Shown here: piece by piece, positions 1-5,889 of the stretch
How positions within the stretch are numbered: position 1 is the first letter of the stretch
Layout: the number at the start of each line of letters is the position of its first letter
NCBI GenBank assembly: GCA_043815885.1
Contig: JBDRIL010000053.1
Coordinates: 1-10,182 of the forward strand
Reading direction: 5' to 3'
DNA length: 10,182 nt
Source of the DNA: an archaeon
GTDB lineage: Archaea; Iainarchaeota; Iainarchaeia; Iainarchaeales; 1-14-0-10-31-34
Translations under genes and position numbers: made by a program
Notes under the pieces: model-generated
What the model saw: only the letters and a program-made list of their open reading frames with translations
What the model was told of the DNA's origin: nothing
Database searches by the model: none

Positions 1-495
1 GAACAGGTTTCTTATCGGAGCCTGTACATTGAAAAGATATTCAAACCTGAACCTGAACTTAAATAAAATTAAAAGATATGCTATAAATAAAACAAAAAGA
101 ATTAATGCCTCTGTTCTTGCAATGACTCCATCCAAACAAAAAACAAAAAAAAGGAATGTAACCAAAAACATTGCCTGTACCTCTCTCTCAAAAACCTTTT
201 TTCCTACAGCCACTCCAACAAGCAATGCACTCAATCCAAGAATCAATCCAAGATTGGCGATATTTGAACCAACCACAGTCCCTAAAGCAATGCCTTCGCT
301 TCCTGAAAAAACTGCAAACAAAGAAGACGCTAACTCAGGCAGAGAGGTTCCTATCGCTACAATCGTTAAACCAATGACTAAATCACTCACTCCAATAATT
401 TTTGCAATCCTTGAAGCAGAAGAAACAAGGAAGTCACTTCCCTTCAGTAAGAGGAAGAGCCCGACTCCAAACAAAAACAAATCAAATAACAGCAT
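1..495 (-). CDS. Calcium/sodium (cation:Ca2+, CaCA/YrbG-like) antiporter, N-terminal half; 3' end runs off the window
   Basis: Not in ORF track. Hand translation from ATG at 495 is open to base 1 (165 codons): MLLFDLFLFGVGLFLLLKGSDFLVSSASRIAKIIGVSDLVIGLTIVAIGTSLPELASSLFAVFSGSEGIALGTVVGSNIANLGLILGLSALL... It contains the alpha-1 repeat signatures GTSLPE and GSNIAN of Na_Ca_ex transporters. An in-frame GTG at 504 is an alternative start. Confidence 0.93.
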   Translation of the reverse strand, partial: MLLFDLFLFGVGLFLLLKGSDFLVSSASRIAKIIGVSDLVIGLTIVAIGTSLPELASSLFAVFSGSEGIALGTVVGSNIANLGLILGLSALLVGVAVGKKVFEREVQAMFLVTFLFFVFCLDGVIARTEALILFVLFIAYLLILFKFRFRFEYLFNVQAPIRNLF

Positions 496-511
496 AAAAT
501 GCACGATTCAT

Positions 512-1408
512 TTAGTTCCTGCTTCCCATAAACAAGGATACAGCAATTCCGGTAACAAATGCCACCAGACTTGGACTCTTAAAGTAATCAATAGAGAGAA
601 GCATCTCCAAAGGCACCTGAATCCAAAAGTGCCCTAAAAGAATTGAAAGAATTAATCCAAAAATCGAGGCTATAATTAAGTGAGTCATTCCCTTAACATA
701 ACTGTGATAGCTTGTCTTAATGAAAACAAATGCCCCTACAAAAAATATGCCTGCAAAAATCATTCCAATGAAAGGCGCGGGAGCAGCAATTGTAACGCTT
801 GAAAATACACCGAATTCAGTGATAATTACATAACTCAGCACAGCCAGAACACTCCTGTCATCCTTTAATGAAGAAGTAAAAGCACTTGTAGTGAAGGAAT
901 CCCTTGAAAAAATGCTTGAACGGGCTAAGGCAGGAGACTGTTCTTTTGCCATTCTCTCCAGAGTGGATTCCTTTGCAGGAGGGATTATTTCTGTTTCCTC
1001 TTCCGGGAGTTCCTCTGTCTTCTTTGTTCTTTCTGCCTTGGACTTCCTTAAGTAATCAGCAATAGAGTAAAAAGCCACTATTAATGCAAGCACTCCCATC
1101 AATAATCCAATTGCCCCAACTATGAGGATTGAAGTAGTGGTTCCTTCCTCCAGCATTCTCTGCCCGAAATTATACATAAATAAAATAAAAGAAAGAATGA
1201 TTACAAGCAATAAAAACATTCTCTTCAGAACAGAATAAACCCAGGAAGTCACCTTGAAAAAAACAACCAATAAAACAAACAGTATTATTCCAATCACTAC
1301 TATTGCAAGAGGGTCTCCCTTTGAAATCAAGTGACTGATTGTATCAAAGTACAGTTTCCCCAAACCAATTGTCGGGTCAATCAAATCAAGCAAACTCGGC
1401 TCAACCAT
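512..1408 (-). CDS. Hypothetical multi-pass membrane protein (about 3 TM + charged linker + about 4 TM)
   Basis: ORF 512..1417 starts at TTG. The ATG at 1408 (MVEPSLL...) is preferred because a TATA box lies 30-37 nt upstream of it. Hydrophobic segments flank an E/K-rich linker (KSKAERTKKTEELPEEETE). No family recognised. Confidence 0.8.
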   Translation of the reverse strand: MVEPSLLDLIDPTIGLGKLYFDTISHLISKGDPLAIVVIGIILFVLLVVFFKVTSWVYSVLKRMFLLLVIILSFILFMYNFGQRMLEEGTTTSILIVGAIGLLMGVLALIVAFYSIADYLRKSKAERTKKTEELPEEETEIIPPAKESTLERMAKEQSPALARSSIFSRDSFTTSAFTSSLKDDRSVLAVLSYVIITEFGVFSSVTIAAPAPFIGMIFAGIFFVGAFVFIKTSYHSYVKGMTHLIIASIFGLILSILLGHFWIQVPLEMLLSIDYFKSPSLVAFVTGIAVSLFMGSRN

Positions 1409-1437
1409 TGGAATCAATAATATAAACGAATAGCTAA

Positions 1438-1450
1438 ATATAAAACTTTT
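1438..1450 (-). promoter_or_regulatory. Putative archaeal BRE-TATA promoter for the membrane protein/antiporter pair
   Basis: Minus strand reads AAAAG-TTTTATAT (TATA at 1445..1438), 30-37 nt upstream of ATG 1408. This spacing implies a very short leader. Confidence 0.55.
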
Positions 1451-1463
1451 GGTTTAAATTAAA

Positions 1464-1588
1464 CGCTGAGGGAGGGACTCGAACCCCCAAGTCCAAAAAG
1501 GACACAAGCTATCCCGGTTTTTCCGTAAACGCTTTTTTTTAAAAAGGGTTTCTCGAGGCTTGCGGATTAACCATTCTCCCACCTCAGC
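1464..1588 (-). tRNA. trnS: tRNA-Ser(CGA) with a 41-nt intron at canonical position 37/38 (intron 1511..1551); CCA not encoded
   Basis: Folded by hand. Acceptor GCTGAGG/CCTCAGC with discriminator G (1464). D-stem GGA/TCC with loop containing TGG. Anticodon stem CAAGC/GCTTG, loop CT-CGA-G^A (anticodon 1555..1553). Long variable arm GTCC-TTTTT-GGAC. T-arm GGGGG-TTCGAGT-CCCTC. The long variable arm and G73 agree with Ser identity. Spliced length is 84 nt. Confidence 0.95.
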
Positions 1589-2681
1589 GTGAAGCTTCTT
1601 TCTCTAACTTTAATAGCTTGAAGGTTTTAACTAATTTTTCTTCCTCGATTACTCCGATTACTTCCCCTCTTTCTGTTACCGGAATAATGGAGAAGTTTTT
1701 AGTCATGAATTTAGTCATTACTTCTGCTGCATCTGAATCAACCGAAACAAATGGAACTCTTGTTGTAAGAGAACTTATTTTCTCTGTTTTCCATTTGTTT
1801 TTTGGAATGTCCTTAAAGGATTCAACTGAAATAAACCCATACCTTCTCTTGCTTAATTCTACAAGAAAAGAAGTTCTGCCTTCTTTCTCCATTTCCTCTA
1901 ATGTTTCCCCTACAGTTAAGTCTGCTTCAAGGATTAATGGCTTTCTGTTAATTAAATTCCTGATGCTTTTTCCTCCAAGGACTTCCCTCACTGCTGATAC
2001 CTGTCCTTCACTGCTTGCACCAAAGTAAATGAATACAGCAATTATTGCAAGAACAATGTTATAGAATAATCCAAGCACGAAAAGAATTACTGCAATAATC
2101 ATGCTGGTCTTTGAAACAAAGGAAGTTGCTTTGGATGGAGGAATTATCATTGAAAGAAGTGATCTTAAGACTCTTCCTCCGTCTAAAGGCAATGCGGGAA
2201 GGAATAAATTGAATGCTCCAAGGATCAGGTTAACGTACATTAAAGCAAACAATGGATAGGAAAGAACTGCTTGTTCCAATGCTTCTTGAGTGAAAGGAAA
2301 GGAGGGAGGAAAGAAGAATGGAACAAAAAAGACAACCAATATAATTGCCAGGACTACAAGAAAATTAAATAATGGTCCTGCAACTGAAATAAGGAATTCA
2401 TCCCTTGGATTTTTAGGCATTTCTTCAGTGAAAGCAATTCCTCCAATAGGAAGAAGGACTATCTTTCTAACCTTTATTCCTTTTGATACAGCAACAAGTG
2501 AATGGGTTAATTCATGAAGGAATACAGAGAGAAACAAAAAGAATAACAGAATCATTATAGGAAAGAAGTTATTGGAGTCAAAGAAAGCCAAGGCCAAAGC
2601 AATCAATAGAATCAATATAATGAAGGTAATGTGCAGTTCTACCCCTATCCCGAAAACCTTTCCAACCCTTAAAGAAGCCAT
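1584..2681 (-). CDS. Site-2 protease (peptidase M50 family intramembrane zinc metalloprotease) with C-terminal CBS domains
   Basis: HExxH (HELTH) in a TM helix, LLPIGGIA, EFLISVAGPLFN, and NLFLPALPLDGGR (NxxPxxxxDG zinc ligand). The N-terminal GKVFGIGVELH motif is typical of this subfamily. CBS-like C-terminus (IIPVTERGEVIGVI). Confidence 0.95.
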   Translation of the reverse strand: MASLRVGKVFGIGVELHITFIILILLIALALAFFDSNNFFPIMILLFFLFLSVFLHELTHSLVAVSKGIKVRKIVLLPIGGIAFTEEMPKNPRDEFLISVAGPLFNFLVVLAIILVVFFVPFFFPPSFPFTQEALEQAVLSYPLFALMYVNLILGAFNLFLPALPLDGGRVLRSLLSMIIPPSKATSFVSKTSMIIAVILFVLGLFYNIVLAIIAVFIYFGASSEGQVSAVREVLGGKSIRNLINRKPLILEADLTVGETLEEMEKEGRTSFLVELSKRRYGFISVESFKDIPKNKWKTEKISSLTTRVPFVSVDSDAAEVMTKFMTKNFSIIPVTERGEVIGVIEEEKLVKTFKLLKLEKEASR

Positions 2682-2725
2682 AACAAATCAGTCAAAAAAT
2701 CAATACGTAATTAAGGAAAGAAGGA

Positions 2726-2733
2726 ATTTATAA
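2726..2733 (-). promoter_or_regulatory. Putative TATA box for the M50 protease
   Basis: TTATAAAT on the minus strand, 45-52 nt upstream of ATG 2681, within a 99-nt intergenic gap. Confidence 0.45.
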
Positions 2734-2758
2734 GCATATTATTCAATAGCTTTTTCTT

Positions 2759-2772
2759 AAAAAAAAGAAAAA
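2759..2772 (-). terminator. Oligo-U archaeal-type terminator candidate after the Yip1 gene
   Basis: Minus strand reads TTTTTCTTTTTTTT starting 8 nt after the TAA stop at 2781. Confidence 0.55.
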
Positions 2773-2780
2773 GGTTTTTT

Positions 2781-3470
2781 TTAGATGATGAATAGAATGG
2801 AGGAAAATGCTTTTCCTATTACTTCGAATGGAATGAAAAGCAGAAGTATCTTGGAAGTCAGGGACAATAAGAGAAAAGTAAGAGCAAAGCCAGTAATGGT
2901 TGAAACAACTGAAATAAATAATCCATTGAATAAACCTATTTCATTCATTTTGGAGATGCCTGTTCCGTGGACATACAGCCACCACAAGACACCAATAATT
3001 AAAATGAATAAAAACAATACTCCCGCCAGACCTGAAGCAGAAAATAAGCTAGTAATTGTTTTAGGGAAAGGCTTTAAAGTAAGAATACTTAAAATGGATT
3101 GAATTGCTAACACCAATATAGTGATTGAAAGAAAAACTGCTTGGGAGTAACCGCTGACGCTTATGTTTTTAGAGGACTGGCTTTTTCCATTAAAAAATTT
3201 AATTGCAATCTTTGCTGCAATAACTCCAACCAATACAGTAAAAATCATTACAAAGACTATGTCTATTGTTAGTTCCTTTATTATTTCCACTGCCTTAAAG
3301 CTTTTTGGATTAAATAAAGAAGAAACCGCTACAATCAATATCATGCTTACAATAAACAGGATTACTGCCATAGTCATTCCATCCAGTGCCTCGGTTTTTT
3401 CTTTTAGTTCATGGAATGCCTGGCCTGGAAACAATAGTATTTCCAGAAGAGAAGAAAAATGCAAAGCCAT
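2781..3470 (-). CDS. Yip1-domain membrane protein
   Basis: N-terminal ILLFPGQAFHELK (the PxxxF motif seen in Yip1-family proteins), about 5 TM helices, 'KFFNGK...SVSGYSQ' loop and late 'WWLYVHGTGISKM' helix, all matching prokaryotic Yip1 layout. Confidence 0.75.
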   Translation of the reverse strand: MALHFSSLLEILLFPGQAFHELKEKTEALDGMTMAVILFIVSMILIVAVSSLFNPKSFKAVEIIKELTIDIVFVMIFTVLVGVIAAKIAIKFFNGKSQSSKNISVSGYSQAVFLSITILVLAIQSILSILTLKPFPKTITSLFSASGLAGVLFLFILIIGVLWWLYVHGTGISKMNEIGLFNGLFISVVSTITGFALTFLLLSLTSKILLLFIPFEVIGKAFSSILFII

Positions 3471-3471
3471 T

Positions 3472-3753
3472 TTATGTTTCCTCCAGTTTACTCATTAATT
3501 CTTCAGCTATTTTTTTCGCGTCTTCTTCTATTGGGGTTTCCTTTACAAGAATTTTTCCGCTCTTAAAGAAGGAAAGAGTCTTTCCCCCCATCCTTAAAAT
3601 CAATAGAAAAGGGGTTTCTATTTCAATGAATACCTCTTTTTCCTTTAATTTTTCTGCTATCTCACTTAAATCCAGTTTATTCTTTTTTTTTGGAATGAAT
3701 TCAAAAGCTGTACGGCTGTTGCATGCCTTTCCAGTGAAATCCTTTAACTTCAT
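3472..3753 (-). CDS. Small hypothetical protein resembling the C-terminal extension domain of some bacterial MoeB/ThiF proteins
   Basis: 93 aa. Start overlaps the thiI-like stop (ATGA, 3750-3753) and the stop lies 1 nt before the Yip1 start. The pattern C-x-x-R-x-A...P....LDL..IA..L...TPFLL.......L.FFKSGKILVK.T...E.AK recalls the MoeB C-terminal extension. The CDS is secure; the family assignment is from memory. Confidence 0.75.
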   Translation of the reverse strand: MKLKDFTGKACNSRTAFEFIPKKKNKLDLSEIAEKLKEKEVFIEIETPFLLILRMGGKTLSFFKSGKILVKETPIEEDAKKIAEELMSKLEET

Positions 3754-4388
3754 TTTTCTTTCACTAAAAACTCTGTTTTATTATCTACTGCATAATTAAT
3801 TAATTCAGTTGCATTAATTTTAGCTTCTTCCTCTTTAATTAACTTTTCCCTTGCCCTGGTGGAAGGCTTATCCGGAACCAAATGACAGCAGGAAGGAGGA
3901 AGAAGTGAAAGTTCATAGGTTCCAATCTCTCTGGCAATCTTCTCTATTTCAATTTTATCCATTCCAAGCAATGGCCTGAGAACAGGAATTCCTGCAATAA
4001 ATTCTGCTCTGAGATTGCTCAGGGTTTGAGAGGCCACTTGCCCTAAACTCTCTCCGGTAAGCAATGCCATTGCATTCTCTTTTACTGCAATCCTTTCAGC
4101 AGTCCTTAACATCATTCTCCTGCAGAGAACACAGGAATACTTTCTCTCTGCATTCCTGCCTATTTCGGTTAGAGTCTTTCCAAAAGGAACAATAATCAAT
4201 TTTATTTTTTTATTATGCTTTTTGCTCAAGAGTTCAACTATTTTTTTTATTTTTTCCTCTGAACTCTTTTCAGTGAAAGGATAATTCAGGAAATGCACTG
4301 CAATTACTTCAATTCCTTTCTCCCTTAAAGCCATAGAAGTAGAGACAGCTGAATCAATTCCCCCACTCAAAAGCGAAACAAGCTTCAT
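3750..4388 (-). CDS. thiI: ThiI-like tRNA 4-thiouridine synthase, PP-loop catalytic domain only (no NFLD/THUMP)
   Basis: LLSGGIDS PP-loop, AVHF, CVLCRRMM (C86/C89), TGESLGQVASQTLSNL, VLRPLLGMDKxEI..IAREIGTYE, and C167/C168 before P..PST. These are all ThiI signatures. The protein is 212 aa and starts directly at the PP-loop strand. GAGGA lies 7 nt upstream of the ATG. Confidence 0.88.
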   Translation of the reverse strand: MKLVSLLSGGIDSAVSTSMALREKGIEVIAVHFLNYPFTEKSSEEKIKKIVELLSKKHNKKIKLIIVPFGKTLTEIGRNAERKYSCVLCRRMMLRTAERIAVKENAMALLTGESLGQVASQTLSNLRAEFIAGIPVLRPLLGMDKIEIEKIAREIGTYELSLLPPSCCHLVPDKPSTRAREKLIKEEEAKINATELINYAVDNKTEFLVKEK

Positions 4389-4417
4389 TCGTCTTTCCTC
4401 AAAAAAAATGATTGTAA

Positions 4418-4777
4418 CTAATCCACTGAACCATCAGTGTCAATTACCCTCTTCAAGTCAGCCCTGTGAGACTGAATTTTCTTTGACTCGTAATTATAGT
4501 GCGCGTATCTCTTCAAGGCAAAAAGCACTAAAACCAATGCAATGGTCAGGCATAGGTATCCAAACAACTGGTAAATGAATTCATCAGCAAAAACCTTTAT
4601 TGCTCCCAATCCCAGTGCACTCAATGCAATCGCTGTCTGAATCAATCCATTAGAGGTCCTTAACTTTGATTCAATCGTTCTTTCCTTCGAAAGAATGACC
4701 TGAAGCAATTCAGGATTATTATGCATTATTGTTTTTTCCTCCTGAATCCTCATCTCGTACTCTTCTTTTGAAACCAT
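4418..4777 (-). CDS. DUF202 (YidH-like) small membrane protein
   Basis: LSKERT...LRT...IQTAIALSALGLG motif followed by two TM helices, matching the DUF202 'LAxERT..R/T' pattern. Confidence 0.75.
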   Translation of the reverse strand: MVSKEEYEMRIQEEKTIMHNNPELLQVILSKERTIESKLRTSNGLIQTAIALSALGLGAIKVFADEFIYQLFGYLCLTIALVLVLFALKRYAHYNYESKKIQSHRADLKRVIDTDGSVD

Positions 4778-4800
4778 AAACTAAATAATTGTTTTTACTT

Positions 4801-4815
4801 TATTTAAATCCTTCT
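4801..4815 (-). promoter_or_regulatory. Putative BRE-TATA promoter of the leftward operon (probably leaderless mRNA)
   Basis: Minus strand AGAAGGA-TTTAAATA, with TATA at 4808..4801, 24-31 nt upstream of ATG 4777. No SD is visible before this ATG. Confidence 0.6.
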
Positions 4816-4835
4816 GCTTTTTTCAGTGAATTCAA

Positions 4836-4853
4836 ACAAAAACTTTTATATAA
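4836..4853 (+). promoter_or_regulatory. Putative BRE-TATA promoter of the surface-protein operon
   Basis: A-rich BRE (ACAAAAAC) followed by TTTTATATAA at 4844-4853. This predicts a start near 4872-4875 and a leader containing the SD. Confidence 0.6.
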
Positions 4854-4895
4854 CCTCATACTATATTATATCAAAAATAAATAAATTGTTTTTTT

Positions 4896-4903
4896 GAGGT
4901 GAT
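4896..4903 (+). promoter_or_regulatory. Shine-Dalgarno GAGGTGAT
   Basis: Strong archaeal-type SD ending 3 nt before ATG 4907. Confidence 0.8.
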
Positions 4904-4906
4904 TGA

Positions 4907-5854
4907 ATGAAGAAAATATTATTAATATTCTTTTTATTGCTGTGCTGCAGTCTGGTGAGCGCAGCACACGCAACCCTGCTTAGCGTCCACGGATACTTAA
5001 TGGATTCAGCTACAGGGGAAGGAATGGGAGGAACAAGTATTACGCTACAAATCTGCACTACCTCCGCATGCAGTACAGTGCTGAATACAACCAATATTAC
5101 AACCGATAACTCAACACATGCAAAGGGAAACTTTGATGCATTGCTTGACCCAGTACAAATGAATTACAATCAAGAGTACTGGTTGAGGGAAAAAGTTGGA
5201 GCAACAACGATTGGAACCTATCAATTCAAAGGCGGACAGGGACAGATTGGACCGGAAGACGTTAACCCAACCTCTGCCTATACTTTTGGAAATGTTACTG
5301 CAGGAAGCGTTTTTGTTGGTTCAAGCAACGAAATAAGGTCCAGCGGAGGAGCACTCTGGATTAACCGTTCAGTTGGAAACGGATTAATTGTATCTGATGG
5401 AAGTGCAGGAATGGGTTCATTATCTGCTGGAAACGCCAGCTTATTAGCTACCACAGTTACTAGCCTGAATTCAAGCGGAAACGTTACAGTTAATGGAAAA
5501 GTTAGCATTGGAGCAGGAAGCCCAACCGAAAAACTTGAGGTCAGTGGTAACATTAGAGCATCTGGAGCTGATCCCACCCTGATTCTACAGGACTCAGGAA
5601 ACGATGGAAGCAGGCCATCCATAAAATTTATTAACAATCAACTTGCAACCATTCAAGGAAATGACACTGTAGGAAACCCACAAATATTTGGCTTTTACAG
5701 TAAATTCGGTAGCACTAGAACAAATGATGCAGAAATCCAAGTATTCGGAAGTGCCGCTGGAAGTTGGGGTAAATACATTAGTATGGGTCATGACGGCACA
5801 GACGGAACCATAAAAACAGACACTGGAAACATAATAATCCAATTGGGTTCATGA
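4907..5854 (+). CDS. Secreted tail-fibre-like surface protein
   Basis: Signal peptide MKKILLIFFLLLCCSLVSA. N-domain SVHGYLMD..G....ITLQI...GNFDALL...YWL resembles the 'QGxLxDxxG' N-domains of cellular tail-fibre-like proteins. One GKVSIGAGSPTEKLEVSGNIRA unit matches the 'VGIGTxxPxxKLxVxG' fibre shaft motif. G/S/T/N-rich, with about 9 N-x-S/T sequons and no C-terminal TM anchor. Confidence 0.75.
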   Translation: MKKILLIFFLLLCCSLVSAAHATLLSVHGYLMDSATGEGMGGTSITLQICTTSACSTVLNTTNITTDNSTHAKGNFDALLDPVQMNYNQEYWLREKVGATTIGTYQFKGGQGQIGPEDVNPTSAYTFGNVTAGSVFVGSSNEIRSSGGALWINRSVGNGLIVSDGSAGMGSLSAGNASLLATTVTSLNSSGNVTVNGKVSIGAGSPTEKLEVSGNIRASGADPTLILQDSGNDGSRPSIKFINNQLATIQGNDTVGNPQIFGFYSKFGSTRTNDAEIQVFGSAAGSWGKYISMGHDGTDGTIKTDTGNIIIQLGS

Positions 5855-5889
5855 AATTAATTTTTTAAACAGAAAGAAGGAGAAAAAAA

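Noticed and set aside
43..59. Short AACCTG tandem repeat
   Set aside because: Under three copies, in frame within the antiporter (FKFRFRF). Not a meaningful array.
29..637. 202-aa plus-strand ORF (and nested 171..377)
   Set aside because: Antisense shadow of the CaCA antiporter, which has clear family motifs on the minus strand. The K/N/T-rich composition is what the reverse of a hydrophobic gene gives.
1464..1500. tRNA 3' end as a possible integration (att) site
   Set aside because: No duplicate of the tRNA 3' end and no integrase in the window; flanking genes look like resident housekeeping genes.
1527..1551. Hairpin with T/A tracts resembling an intrinsic terminator
   Set aside because: It lies inside the tRNA intron and is explained as the intron stem.
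1618..3799. Plus-strand ORFs 1618..2028, 2290..2517, 2785..3102, 3163..3498, 3386..3799
   Set aside because: All lie antisense to well-supported minus-strand genes and show no motifs.
4907..5854. Provirus interpretation of the tail-fibre-like gene
   Set aside because: It has a signal peptide and a cellular-type promoter, and no capsid, terminase, portal or integrase gene is nearby.
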